Shown: positions 9,981-22,638, numbered from the stretch's first letter. The stretch: 64,000 bases of DNA from Trichormus sp. ATA11-4-KO1 (GCA_019358915.1 JAHHIM010000055.1:128001-192000); one strand, 5' to 3'. The notes: generated by a model from the letters alone, not told the origin. Numbers and translations are program-made.

Positions 9981-10131
9981 TATCATGTCCGGTTAATCAA
10001 ACTAAATAAAAAATGTTTGTTCGTAGTCAGGACTTTAGTCCTGTCTTGAGGGACTGTAGACGCGTAGCGGCTTCTCGCAGAGTAGTCCCTACTACAAACT
10101 GTTTATTTGAGGTGATTGAGCAGACATCATA
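9981..10131. mobile_element. MITE-like element with a nested small dispersed repeat
   Basis: Imperfect TIRs TATCATGTCCGGTTAATCA / TGATTGAGCAGACATCATA and an internal GGACTTTAGTCC hairpin, with a GTAGACGCGTAGCGGCTTCTCGCAGAGT insert. Confidence 0.7.
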
Positions 10132-10217
10132 ATAAAATAAAAAATTTGTCCGATGAATGATGCTCCAAAGTACCACTACAGTTTAATCTAGTACAAGCGA
10201 ACTATCCCAGGTATGGA

Positions 10218-11648
10218 ATGTCTGAATTAATTTTGTTTTGGCATCGCCGTGATTTACGTATTTCTGACAATACAGGACTGGCTGCGGCGAGACAGCAGAG
10301 TCCAAAAGTAGTAGGCGTGTTTTGCCTTGATCCTAATATTCTGGAACGGGATGATGTTGCTCCGGCGAGAGTGACGTACATGATTGGTAGCTTACAGGCA
10401 CTGCAACAGCGATATGCTCAAGTAGGCAGCCAATTATTAATCCTCCATGCCAATCCGGTGCAAGCAATACCAGCTTTAGCAGGGGCTTTAAACGCCAAAG
10501 CTGTGTTTTGGAACTGGGATGTAGAACCATATTCACAAACACGCGATCGCGCGGTAATTGATGCCCTCAAAGAACAAGGTATTGCATTTCTCAACCAAAA
10601 TTGGGATCAAATTCTCCATTCACCAGAGGAAATTTGCACAGGTAATCACACTCCTTACACTGTTTACAGCCCCTTTTGGAAAAATTGGATCAGCAAACCA
10701 AAAGCCAACCCAGCAGAAACTCTACAAAATGCGGCAGGATTGACAGCAACCGAACAAGAAATAGCCAAACAAGCAGGAGTCATTGAATTACCCTCAGCTA
10801 AGGATTTAGGATTTAACTGGGATAAAGAACTGATCATTTCACCAGGAGAAGCAGCCGCACAAGAACGGTTAGAAGAATTTACTGCTGGCGCGATCGTTGA
10901 ATATCAAGAACAGCGTAACTTCCCAGCCGTTGATGGTACATCAAGATTAAGTGCAGCTTTAAAATTTGGCGTTATTGGGATTCGCACCGTGTGGCAAGCC
11001 ACCATAGAGGCGCAAGCAAATAGCCGCAGTCAGGAAGCAGAAACTAGTATTCGCACATGGCAACAAGAACTCGCATGGCGGGAGTTTTATCAACACGCCA
11101 TGTATCACTTCCCAGAATTAGCTGATGGTGCTTACCGCGATACCTTTAAAAACTTCCCTTGGACAACCAATGAAGAACATTTCCCAGCTTGGTGCGAGGG
11201 CAGAACTGGCTATCCCATTGTAGATGCAGCGATGCGGCAAATGAATGAAATTGGCTGGATGCATAACCGATGTCGGATGATTGTCGCCAGTTTCTTGACC
11301 AAAGACTTGCTAATTAATCCCCAATTGGGAGAAAAATACTTTATGCAGAAACTGATTGACGGTGATTTATCTGCCAATAACGGCGGCTGGCAATGGAGCG
11401 CTTCTAGCGGTATGGACCCCAAACCCGTGCGGATTTTCAACCCAGCCAGTCAAGCACAAAAGTTCGATTCCGAAGGTGAATACATCCGCCAATGGATTCC
11501 CGAATTGCGTTCTTTAGATCCAGAATATTTAGTTACTGGTAAAATTCCACCTTTGGAGCTTCATGGTACTGGCTATCCTCAACCAATCGTGGATCATAAA
11601 ATCCAACAACAGCAGTTTAAAAAGATGTATCAACAGCAAAAAAAGTGA
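10218..11648 (+). CDS. phrA: CPD class I DNA photolyase
   Basis: [30 protein letters not shown] and NNGGWQW. Confidence 0.93.
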   Translation: MSELILFWHRRDLRISDNTGLAAARQQSPKVVGVFCLDPNILERDDVAPARVTYMIGSLQALQQRYAQVGSQLLILHANPVQAIPALAGALNAKAVFWNWDVEPYSQTRDRAVIDALKEQGIAFLNQNWDQILHSPEEICTGNHTPYTVYSPFWKNWISKPKANPAETLQNAAGLTATEQEIAKQAGVIELPSAKDLGFNWDKELIISPGEAAAQERLEEFTAGAIVEYQEQRNFPAVDGTSRLSAALKFGVIGIRTVWQATIEAQANSRSQEAETSIRTWQQELAWREFYQHAMYHFPELADGAYRDTFKNFPWTTNEEHFPAWCEGRTGYPIVDAAMRQMNEIGWMHNRCRMIVASFLTKDLLINPQLGEKYFMQKLIDGDLSANNGGWQWSASSGMDPKPVRIFNPASQAQKFDSEGEYIRQWIPELRSLDPEYLVTGKIPPLELHGTGYPQPIVDHKIQQQQFKKMYQQQKK

Positions 11649-11937
11649 TGGTATGAGGATGTAAGTTGTTTAAATCAATTTACTTATCCTAAAGACTCTC
11701 CAAAGCAGTTTTTAAATCGCTTTGCTTAATCTATTGGCAATCCGTCGGGCTTGAATATAGCGATCGCTTATGGATAACATAACAGCCAGTTAATCACACG
11801 CTGTTGATGAGCAGATTCCTGGCGAAACTGCAATTTCTGGATAAATTCTTTCAGCACGAGCAAATTGACGTTGTTCTAAGAAACTGCGAATTCCCAGACC
11901 ACTAGCAACCCCAGACAGATACAATACAGGCATCTAA

Positions 11938-12408
11938 TTAGTTAACATTCACATTGAGAATGTAGTTTAAGCTGCCACTACCACTAGTTTGCTGAGTTAC
12001 ATTGATACCAGGTCCCCTAAATTCCACACTGACTGAGGATGATGCAGGAAAATAACGGGTAGAAATTTTTACTGTATGTTTTCCCAGCGAAAGATAGGGT
12101 GACAAATTTACATAAACTCTTTTGTCACGGATTTGTTGAATAACTCTGCCGTTATAAGTGATATTACCTTGTAATTGAGATCCTGAAGTATTAATACTGA
12201 GGATATGTGGTTGTCTCAGATTAGCTCTACTGAGACTAACGCTACTTTCTTGGTAATCAGATGAACTGCTAAAATTTCGTTTGTTAACAGCTATAACGCT
12301 ATTGATGTCGGCACTATTGTGAGGGTAAACAAGTAAATTCTGGTCTAAATCTGCGCTCCCCGCAACTATGGAAGCTGCACAGGCTACAAAAAAGAGTGAA
12401 GTTTTCAT
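11938..12408 (-). CDS. Secreted hypothetical protein, beta-rich C-terminal domain
   Basis: N-terminal signal-like segment; alternating beta-strand pattern. Confidence 0.65.
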   Translation of the reverse strand: MKTSLFFVACAASIVAGSADLDQNLLVYPHNSADINSVIAVNKRNFSSSSDYQESSVSLSRANLRQPHILSINTSGSQLQGNITYNGRVIQQIRDKRVYVNLSPYLSLGKHTVKISTRYFPASSSVSVEFRGPGINVTQQTSGSGSLNYILNVNVN

Positions 12409-12633
12409 AACTATAATTTGAGAAAATTCTCAATTACAGATACAACAAAAAGTTATCAGGAAGGTCTCTCACTGTAACAAACTTTTCCAGATAGTTAATC
12501 ACAGGAGAAACCCATAACCAAACATGAAAATCTCTCTTTTCTAGCCCTTAGTCTCTATTTTCCACGGAAATAGAGTCAAGAGGTTAAAGAGAAATTTTAA
12601 TCCAACATTTTTTCTACCTTGAAAGGGCTATGC

Positions 12634-13131
12634 TCAACTCTTAGTTCGAGCTTCAGCTACCGCTAGAGCTTCATTAGCTTTAACCACAGCTTGAGTAATT
12701 GCTCGCACAGAACCAGCATCTGCTTGAGCAACAGCTGTCGCCTCACCCATGAAGGTGACTGCTTGAGATATTGCTGTAGCCACTTGAGAGTTTTCTCCCT
12801 TGCGAGCTGAACTTTCAGCTCTAGCCATCGATTGTTGGGCCTGCCGCAACTTCGGTAAGATAATATCCCTGTGCTCTGACGGGATGTTTACTGGTACACT
12901 TCTTGACGCCGTTTCCACTACACTTACTGCCCGATTTAATACCTTCACCGCGACGGCAACGGCAAAACTCACGGATATTTTCTCTTGAGCGATCAAGACA
13001 TTGGAGTTATCCAATACATCCCCATTACTTAACTCTTGGTTATGAGATGAGAATGATAATGCCTGACCTGAGAAAATTACTAGCAAGCCCATCGCTAAAG
13101 CAGTTGCTTTACTAAAGCGATTATTTTTCAT
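12634..13131 (-). CDS. Secreted Ala-rich helical protein
   Basis: Sec signal peptide, VLIAQ motif and amphipathic Ala-rich helices. Confidence 0.7.
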   Translation of the reverse strand: MKNNRFSKATALAMGLLVIFSGQALSFSSHNQELSNGDVLDNSNVLIAQEKISVSFAVAVAVKVLNRAVSVVETASRSVPVNIPSEHRDIILPKLRQAQQSMARAESSARKGENSQVATAISQAVTFMGEATAVAQADAGSVRAITQAVVKANEALAVAEARTKS

Positions 13132-13470
13132 GATCTTTCTCCGAGAAACCGCGTCTCCTGGTGGGCGCGGAGGGATTAGGAGGGCTATTGAATGGGGTTA
13201 CCCCCGAATAGCCATGATTCAAGAACCGAGAGGGTACGCTCACCCTCGTTGAATTTAGGGGTTTGACGGTCTCTCTCCAACCCTCCTGTGAAGATAACGC
13301 TTCCTAGTGGATTGACAAGGCTAAAGTAGTGCAGATGATTTTTTGGTGGAACAGGCAAAATGCCTGTTCTGGGCAGGCTGGAAGCTTACCCCACAATCAT
13401 GATATTTATGCAACATTTTAGCCTGGCCACGCCACTAGCAAAAGTCTTTATCTTCAGATAGGTCACTGAC
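13132..13470 (-). mobile_element. Putative non-autonomous IS200/IS605 (IscB-type ends) mini-element, interrupted by a MITE
   Basis: Minus strand begins GTCAGTGACC, contains several hairpins, and ends with a CCGCG-loop-CGCGG subterminal hairpin just before ATGA. Confidence 0.45.
13304..13438. mobile_element. MITE with about 30-bp imperfect TIRs, CTAG at both ends
   Basis: CTAGTGGATTGACAAGGCTAAAGTAGTGCA versus the reverse complement CTAGTGGCGTGGCCAGGCTAAAATGTTGCA; internal GAACAGGC-AAAAT-GCCTGTTC hairpin. Confidence 0.75.
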
Positions 13471-13476
13471 TGCATC

Positions 13477-14025
13477 TTATTCAGCAGTACTCACAGCAAT
13501 TGCAGTTGCGTTACCCACGGATGTTTTGGCACTGGCTAGTGATCTAGCAATAGCTGATTTGCCAGGGCCACTAATAGCATCCGATTCGGCTATAGCCAAC
13601 GCATCACCAAGGACTGTTTCTGCTTGAGCTAGTGATGTAGCAACAGCCCGGCGATCGCTAATCGCTGTTGAACCAGAAAGAGCACTAGCATTGCCCAGCA
13701 AAGATGTGGCTTTAGAAATCGACTCAGCCAAAGCGCCTTTTCTGGGGCCACCGATAGCTTGTGATTGAGCAGCAGCGTAGGCATTGCCCAATGCAGTTTC
13801 GGCAACGGCTAATGAGCTAGAAAATGCTCGGTTCTCTCTTAGAGGAGCGCGACGAGAAATTGAACGTTGAGCAACCAGGATCTCAGCGTTACTCAATCCA
13901 TTTGCCTGGGTGACTTCTGCAACATTATATGTGCTGGCAAATGTTGCACCTGAGAAAGCGAAGATTGATCCGATAGCCAAGGCAGCTGATGTCCGAGAAA
14001 GTATGCTTTTCATGGTTTTTAGCAA
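13477..14025 (-). CDS. Secreted Ala/Ser-rich protein with two internal repeats
   Basis: Signal peptide, ILVAQ motif and a duplicated unit SLAxAETxLGxAxAxAxSxAIxGPxKxAxAxS. Likely start is the Met at 14013. Confidence 0.72.
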   Translation of the reverse strand: MLKTMKSILSRTSAALAIGSIFAFSGATFASTYNVAEVTQANGLSNAEILVAQRSISRRAPLRENRAFSSSLAVAETALGNAYAAAQSQAIGGPRKGALAESISKATSLLGNASALSGSTAISDRRAVATSLAQAETVLGDALAIAESDAISGPGKSAIARSLASAKTSVGNATAIAVSTAE

Positions 14026-14455
14026 TCAATTGGTAAACTCTTGTTTCGTCAAGCTCGATTACTTGTTTCAGTAAAACCACCTTTGCATCCCCAGAAGACA
14101 CGCAACAACACTAATATGATTATTTAAGCAACAAACAAGCTGAAAAGCTTATCAATACGTACTTTGATTTACGCATTTTTGCAAAATTAAAACTAGATTG
14201 CTATATAACAACCTTTGGGACGCATTAGGTGATTTACTTTTCAAGCTATCAGGAGCTTTACTTGTATTTTAGTAATTTATCAGTCAATAAAATCACCAAT
14301 ATTTAAAAACTTAACATTTGGTAAAAGGTTAAGAAAGATATCGTCATCTATAGAATTTAAGGGCATTTATGAAGGCTAAGATCAGGCTTTTACAAGCCTT
14401 TTAACCTTTATTATCTCTTACGAAAATTGATAAATAGTCTATTCATACTACTATC

Positions 14456-14677
14456 TAAGTAGGTGAGCAAGCATATTTATCACTGTGTTAATAAAATTTA
14501 ATTCTAGGGTGAGTCATGAATTCAGATTAAGACACCATCAATCATCCAAGGTGCGTTAACCTACGGCACAACACAACGGTAATCAAATGGGAGGAAAATC
14601 CACACCACTTTTGCCTCCTCTACACCAAGTTTATATTTCTTCATAGAGATGGAATTTCGTTTGCCAACTTATACTTA
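14456..14677. mobile_element. Degenerate MITE of the TAAGTAGG family
   Basis: Starts TAAGTAGGTGAGC and ends GCCAACTTATACTTA; resembles the copies at 36206 and 63495. Confidence 0.4.
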
Positions 14678-15009
14678 CGTGGGGATTTTCTAGTAAGGTG
14701 ATTGCATACGTATTGACAGAAAAACCCAAATATGAAATTTAGATTTCAGGCATAAAAGCTTGATTTTTGATGTCCAATTTGAGGCTTTCCACCTTTGTCA
14801 CTTTATGCCTTTGTGGTTAAAAAGAAATTTTGAACCACTAAGACACCAAGAACAATACATGACACCTTGAACTGGGTTTTGCAGGGAGAACAAGCCTATG
14901 GGCGTTTCAGACAATTGGCAAAGGTATTGAAGTTAGGAAAAGTTTCTCTAAATTGATAGTCCTGCTGACGGATGCGACGATCGCAGTGAAAGCGAGTAAC
15001 CTGGAATAG

Positions 15010-17109
<2,100 letters not shown>

Positions 17110-17181
17110 CGTTCGCGTAGCACATACCGCAAAGTACACGAAGAGAAGATATTTTCCCTAAACACCCGTTGTAGTATTATT

Positions 17182-18381
17182 GTGCTACGAATGGGAGAAA
17201 CGATGTTACATCAATTTAAATACACCACACTTACCCATACAGACGATATTCAGCAACTGGGACATATCCTCGAACAGTGTTTTATCATGTCGTCTGGTGA
17301 TAGCGAAATCTACATGAAGCGCCTTGGTGTAGACAAGTTTCGCGCTATGCATCAAAATCAGCAAGTCGTCGGTGGACTGGCAATGATCCCCATGGGTCAG
17401 TGGTGGGGTGGTCAGCGTGTACCGATGACAGGAATTGCCGCCGTAGGTATTGCTCCAGAATACCGTGGGGATGGTGCAGCGATCGCACTCATACAACAAA
17501 CGATTCAGGAACTCTACGACCAGGAAGTTCCGATTTCGGTTCTCTATCCAGCTACTCAACGCCTTTACCGTAAAGCCGGATATGAACAAGCTGGAAGTTA
17601 TTGCACTTGGGAAATTTCTCCTGACAGTATCCAGTTGCAAGATAAATGTTTACCTGTGCAACCTGTAACTACCAAAAATCATGCCATCTTTCACGACTTG
17701 TATCAGCAACAAGCAAAACTCATTAATGGATATTTAGACCGACAGCCAGCTATCTGGCAAGGATTAACTCAACCAGATCATCAAGAAACAGTCTATGGTT
17801 ATTTGATTGGTGAACAAGGCCAGCCCCAAGGTTATATCATCTTGACTCAAGAGCGCACAAAGGACGGCACAATGTTACGCGTGAGAGATTGGACAATCCT
17901 CACAAATGCTGCTGCGCGAACTTTTTGGTCTTTTATTGCCAATCATCGCTCCCAAATTGACCAGGTACGATGGAAGAGTTCTGTAGTTGATTCTCTAACA
18001 TTGCTGCTACCAGAGCAAACTGCCAAAATTAAATATCAAGAGCGTTGGATGCTGCGGATAATAAATGTCGTTAAGGCATTAGAAATGCGGGGTTATCCAC
18101 CGGGAATTACCACTGAACTACATTTGGAAATTCAAGATGACTTGCTAGCTACCAATAACGGCAAATTTATTTTATCTGTAGCTGATGGACGCGGTGAAGT
18201 TACCAAAGGCGGCAAAGGTGAGTTGCAGTTAGATATTAAAGGTTTAGTACCTTTATACACAGGTTTATTCACACCCCACCAATTACAGTTAACAGGAAAA
18301 CTAGAGGCTACGGAAACCGCACTTTTAGCAGCTACGCAAATATTTATAGGTACTTCTCCTTGGATGGCTGATTTCTTTTAA
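17182..18381 (+). CDS. Eis-like GNAT acetyltransferase with SCP2 C-terminus
   Basis: IAAVGIAPEYRGDG, LYP...LYRKAGYE, MLRII.V..AL and C-terminal DFF. Confidence 0.88.
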   Translation: MLRMGETMLHQFKYTTLTHTDDIQQLGHILEQCFIMSSGDSEIYMKRLGVDKFRAMHQNQQVVGGLAMIPMGQWWGGQRVPMTGIAAVGIAPEYRGDGAAIALIQQTIQELYDQEVPISVLYPATQRLYRKAGYEQAGSYCTWEISPDSIQLQDKCLPVQPVTTKNHAIFHDLYQQQAKLINGYLDRQPAIWQGLTQPDHQETVYGYLIGEQGQPQGYIILTQERTKDGTMLRVRDWTILTNAAARTFWSFIANHRSQIDQVRWKSSVVDSLTLLLPEQTAKIKYQERWMLRIINVVKALEMRGYPPGITTELHLEIQDDLLATNNGKFILSVADGRGEVTKGGKGELQLDIKGLVPLYTGLFTPHQLQLTGKLEATETALLAATQIFIGTSPWMADFF

Positions 18382-18397
18382 GATTTATCCTATCAGT

Positions 18398-18472
18398 ACC
18401 AATGGCGATATTTCCAATCACCACCAATAGCGATATTTCCAATCACCACCAATAGCGATATTTCCAATCACC
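18398..18472. repeat. Tandem repeat, 3 x 25 bp (ACCAATAGCGATATTTCCAATCACC)
   Basis: Three head-to-tail copies with one mismatch in the first and no spacers. Confidence 0.95.
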
Positions 18473-18533
18473 CGGTCTATAATCTGCAAATTATGAAATA
18501 TGTAAATTTTAATCATTTGTTAAAAGTTTACTG

Positions 18534-18791
18534 ACTCAAGAACCAGAAGCGGCACTTCCTTTATTGGATAGATGTCTAAAATTTCCCAATAGACCATCAT
18601 TTGCTCGCTTTTTGGTACTCATGAATCCTCAGATACCTAATTCATTTTTGGCAAGATACTATAAATCTTGGTTTTGGCCAGAAAGATACGCAGTCGCTCA
18701 AAATCCTAATACTGACGAAAAAATTCGCCAACAACTTACACAAGACCCAAATAGAATTGTTCGTGCTGCTGCAAGAGACACCTTAAAGTAG
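18534..18791 (+). pseudogene. C-terminal fragment of a leucine-rich-variant/HEAT repeat protein
   Basis: ERYAVAQNPNT...LTQDPNRIVRAAA repeat end; the N-terminal part is missing. Confidence 0.6.
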
Positions 18792-18900
18792 ATTCGGGCT
18801 GAGACATGAGAACCGATACTACACGAAAGAAGCTTCCCTAATATATATATAACTGAAGACGATTATACTGGAGTGACTGTTGACATTTTATGATTACAAA

Positions 18901-20169
18901 ATGAGTTCTGAAAGACAAAGGTTGCTTGCTTCTTCTATTACAAGGCAGCAAGAATTAGAAAACATTCATCGTCAATTACAAGGGAATTCTACAAAAGAAA
19001 AAGTGGATGCTCTTTTAGATGCCTTTCAGTATGGGCAGCCAGGTATCGAGTTAATAAGTCAGGCATTAAATGATCATACCAGAGAAGTGCGGCAGTCAGC
19101 TTTTTTGCTGTTATCTGATTGCCATGAGGATATTGCTAGGCAAGCTATATGGAACTATCTCCCCTTTAAGAAAATGCAATGCTTGCATACCTTAACAAAT
19201 TTTAATTACTCTAACTTAGAACAACATCACCCGTATTATTTTGCAATTGCAAATTATAACAACACCCTCATTTGTTATTGGGATCTAAATTATAAGTATT
19301 CTGTTATCAATGTATGGGATTTAAAAACAGGGCAACAAAGAAGAAATTTGGAGTTAGATACTGCTCACGAATTTAGCTTAGGTAAAAATGGCAAGGTATC
19401 TGTTATCAGCTTTCAAGACTTAGTTTGGGTATTAGATACAGAGACACACAAGTTAATTAATGATGATTGTCCCGATTATTTTATTCATCCTATATTTCCT
19501 AATTCTCACTGTTTTACTGTTTGCCCAACGCAAAATCCCTTGCTGGCAATTGGCTCTACAATCGGCAGAAAAGGAGAATTTGAAGTTTGGAATTATGAAA
19601 CTCGCATTCGTCATTTTTCTTATCAATTTCAAGATATCGCTTTAATTACTCAATGGACAACATGGAATACCTTAGAAGTTCAGCGTTTACTTAATTCTGT
19701 TTCACCGCTTCTATTTACCCCAGATGGAAAATTTCTACTCGCACGTTTCCAGCAGCAAAAACACTGTATGCTCCAAATCTGGAACTTGGAGACAGGAAAT
19801 CTTCTTCAGCAGTTAGAAAATCTCCCTGTTTTAACAGTGCATTCACTTGCAATTGGTTCTGATGGGCAAGTCTTAGCTTGCGGAATACGAGAAAATCAGG
19901 TGTGCGTCTGGGAATTGTTGAGCGATCGCATCATTTATACCTTTTCAGGAGCCGCATCCTGTCTCATGAGTTTCAATGGTCGAATCTTAATTTACTGCAC
20001 AGATGATAATGAAATCATCGTTTGGGATTTAGCTCTAAACAGTAAACTATGTATATTACAGGGGCATAGCGCACCAATTGCTTATATTGCCATGAGCAAT
20101 GATTATGAATTTATTGCCAGCTATAGCATTGACAGATCAATTAAAATTTGGGGATTGGTCGGAGAGTAG
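18901..20169 (+). CDS. WD40 repeat protein with N-terminal HEAT-like segment
   Basis: Several W[DNE] repeats and GHSAPI...IKIW; AT-rich. Probable ATG start at 18901. Confidence 0.8.
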   Translation: MSSERQRLLASSITRQQELENIHRQLQGNSTKEKVDALLDAFQYGQPGIELISQALNDHTREVRQSAFLLLSDCHEDIARQAIWNYLPFKKMQCLHTLTNFNYSNLEQHHPYYFAIANYNNTLICYWDLNYKYSVINVWDLKTGQQRRNLELDTAHEFSLGKNGKVSVISFQDLVWVLDTETHKLINDDCPDYFIHPIFPNSHCFTVCPTQNPLLAIGSTIGRKGEFEVWNYETRIRHFSYQFQDIALITQWTTWNTLEVQRLLNSVSPLLFTPDGKFLLARFQQQKHCMLQIWNLETGNLLQQLENLPVLTVHSLAIGSDGQVLACGIRENQVCVWELLSDRIIYTFSGAASCLMSFNGRILIYCTDDNEIIVWDLALNSKLCILQGHSAPIAYIAMSNDYEFIASYSIDRSIKIWGLVGE

Positions 20170-20188
20170 CAAACTGTTTCGTCAACTT

Positions 20189-20398
20189 TCATTGCTTGTG
20201 TCGCTGCTGTTTGTAATCGTAATCTTCGTCATAGTCAATTGTCCCAAACAAATCCAGTATTTTCATCTGTTGACGACGTTTTACATATTCACGTAAAGCT
20301 TGTTCGACAACATCAAGTTCATTTTGTTGATTACTAAGAGCTAGAGCTTCTTGAATTAATGCTTCGTCGATTTGGAGGTCAACTGTCATGCACTTCAA
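20189..20398 (-). CDS. VapB-type antitoxin, orphan
   Basis: IDEALIQEAL...VEQALREYV..R...LFGTIDYD..YDYK. The overlapping ATG (MKV) that follows does not continue into a PIN gene. Confidence 0.75.
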   Translation of the reverse strand: MKCMTVDLQIDEALIQEALALSNQQNELDVVEQALREYVKRRQQMKILDLFGTIDYDEDYDYKQQRHKQ

Positions 20399-20602
20399 TA
20401 TTGATTGGCAGATTAGGTACTTTGTTATCTATATAATTATAAAGGATGGGTTAAAACTCCATTTTAAGGATGGTTGTAGCTGAAAATTCAGTTACTCATT
20501 TGCGGCGATCGCCTACAAAGAGTAGATAGGAAAAATGCTTTAAGAAACCTCAAAGTCAGAAACTTCAAGACAGGATTTCTTACTAAATGGGAGCAGACGC
20601 AT

Positions 20603-21088
20603 CTATTCCCCTACCAATGCTAATGCTTGATTGATCACGCGGTCAGATAAATACATTCCACATAGGCGCAATTGTTCTAAAATTGGACGTGCAGCCGGAA
20701 TTGCCCCTCGTTGTTTGGCAGTAATAATAATACCTAATGTCCCCCGTACAGGAATACCTAAAGTCACAGCACAACGACGGGCTGCTAAATCATCCAAAAT
20801 CACTTCCGTGCCAGGATTTATATAGCCCCAGGTCAGTACGGCTGACTCACCTTGACCCAAATCCCAGTTTTGAATAATGTTCGGCACAGGTGATGTTTCT
20901 TGTACAACTAACCAATCAGTATTATTGAGCGCAACTGCTGTTACGTCTGTTTCCCCATATTCCTGAATTTCTGTGGCTACAGCATTAGGAACAATAATCG
21001 ATGGGCTAATTAGGAGCAACAAATCGACAAAGCCGCCCTTAGTCAAAAAAATTAGTGGGGATGTGTTAATAGCAGGTAGTTCAGCCAC
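20603..21088 (-). CDS. DUF3368 PIN-like protein
   Basis: INTSPLI, LGQGESA, DDLAARR and GTLG motifs. Confidence 0.88.
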   Translation of the reverse strand: MAELPAINTSPLIFLTKGGFVDLLLLISPSIIVPNAVATEIQEYGETDVTAVALNNTDWLVVQETSPVPNIIQNWDLGQGESAVLTWGYINPGTEVILDDLAARRCAVTLGIPVRGTLGIIITAKQRGAIPAARPILEQLRLCGMYLSDRVINQALALVGE

Positions 21089-21332
21089 GGTTTAACTCGC
21101 GCTGCAAATCATCAAGGTCAACAGCAAAGACATCTACTTGTTCGCGGGCTAGAACAGCGAGAAAGTCTCGGCGGTTTAACCCAGCAACATTGGCTGCTTT
21201 CTCCATTGAAATTTCCTGCTTCTGATACCAGTAGATAGCAGCAGCTAGGCGCATATCGCGCACAAATTCTTCTGGAGTCAGGCGACGAGCGCTAAACACT
21301 TCTTCTGGCAGATTAATCGTGACTGACGACAT
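21081..21332 (-). CDS. UPF0175 family antitoxin
   Basis: LAAAIYWYQKQEISMEKAANVAGL.R..F; overlaps the DUF3368 gene. Confidence 0.88.
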   Translation of the reverse strand: MSSVTINLPEEVFSARRLTPEEFVRDMRLAAAIYWYQKQEISMEKAANVAGLNRRDFLAVLAREQVDVFAVDLDDLQRELNRG

Positions 21333-21499
21333 AAATTATGTCCTAAATAGTTAAGGCTTTTGTAGCTGCATCAATTCATGATATCAACCATTTTCGTCAA
21401 CTTTCACTGCTTGTGTCGCTGCTGTTTGTAGTAATAAATCATACATTTAGCTTTAAGTAAACACAAGAAGCGGAGCTAATTCGATAATTTAGCTATAAT

Positions 21500-22429
21500 A
21501 TGCAAATGTCATTACATCAAAGTTCTGGTCGCTGGCGTTTAGGTCTAGCATTATCGTTGTTGACCGTCTTTTTGTGGGGAATTCTACCGATAGCGCTAAC
21601 GGTAACGCTACAAACACTCAATATCTACACTATTATTTGGTTTCGCTTTTTGGTGTCATTTGCCCTGCTGGCTATTTATTTAGGGGTACGTGGTAAATTA
21701 CCAAAGTCAGAACAATTGCGTTCTACTTCTTGGAAACTGTTAGCGATCACTACACTATTCTTAGGATTTAATTACTTCCTATTTATGCAAGGTCTAGCGT
21801 TAACATCACCTGCTAACGCGGAAGTTTTAATTCAATTATCTACCTTACTATTAGGTTTAGGTGGTTTAGCAATTTTTCAAGAACATTATACACTGCGTCA
21901 ATGGCTCGGTGTCAGTATACTTACTTCTGGTTATATTGTATTTTTTCGTGAACAACTTACAAATTTAATTACAGCCCAAAGCACATATCTTTTTGGGAGT
22001 GCTTTAATTGCTTTGTCCGCAGCAGCTTGGGCTATTTATGCTTTGTCCCAAAAGCAATTACTGCAATCTTTATCCTCGGCTAACATTATGCTGATTATTT
22101 ATGGAGGATGTGCTTTATTATTCACGCCATTTGCGAAACCAGAAACAATTTTTACGCTGAATAACTTTCAGTTATTAATTTTACTATTTTGTGCTTTAAA
22201 TACCTTAATTGCTTATGGTGCATTTGCTGAATCATTAGAACATTGGGAAGCCTCAAGAGTAAGTGCAGTATTAGCTTTAGCTCCTATTATTACTTTAATC
22301 TCAGTTGAACTTGTATCAGTAATTACACCTTCTCTAATTCCCGCAGAACACCTCACCATAATTAGTATATTAGGTGCATGTTTAGTAGTAGCTGGTTCAG
22401 TAGCGATCGCCTTAGGAAAAACTGATTAA
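21500..22429 (+). CDS. DMT/EamA family transporter
   Basis: About 10 TM helices in two EamA repeats. Confidence 0.9.
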   Translation: MQMSLHQSSGRWRLGLALSLLTVFLWGILPIALTVTLQTLNIYTIIWFRFLVSFALLAIYLGVRGKLPKSEQLRSTSWKLLAITTLFLGFNYFLFMQGLALTSPANAEVLIQLSTLLLGLGGLAIFQEHYTLRQWLGVSILTSGYIVFFREQLTNLITAQSTYLFGSALIALSAAAWAIYALSQKQLLQSLSSANIMLIIYGGCALLFTPFAKPETIFTLNNFQLLILLFCALNTLIAYGAFAESLEHWEASRVSAVLALAPIITLISVELVSVITPSLIPAEHLTIISILGACLVVAGSVAIALGKTD

Positions 22430-22553
22430 TTATTTTTAAAGTTACACTTCAATACTGAGGCAGGGTCATTTGGTATTTGTTATCATTTCATAATGACTGC
22501 AAGCTAGTGGGTGAATATCCTACTAAGTGAATCTCTGCTCTACCTATGTTGAC

Positions 22554-22638
22554 AATACCAATTCGTAATTCAGAAATTTAGCTTTCATTGGGATTTTCAG
22601 GTTGGCATCTGTAGCTTGATTTTCAAAGAATTGGTATT
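22554..22638. mobile_element. Short MITE-like element
   Basis: Perfect 11-bp TIR AATACCAATTC / GAATTGGTATT. Confidence 0.55.

Noticed and set aside
11790..11933. 47-codon minus-strand ORF starting 4 bp after the secreted-protein cluster
   Set aside because: No recognisable motif. It could be a small gene or a fragment, but it cannot be supported without a search.
18398..18472. Possible CRISPR array
   Set aside because: The repeats are contiguous with no spacers, and no cas genes are in the window.
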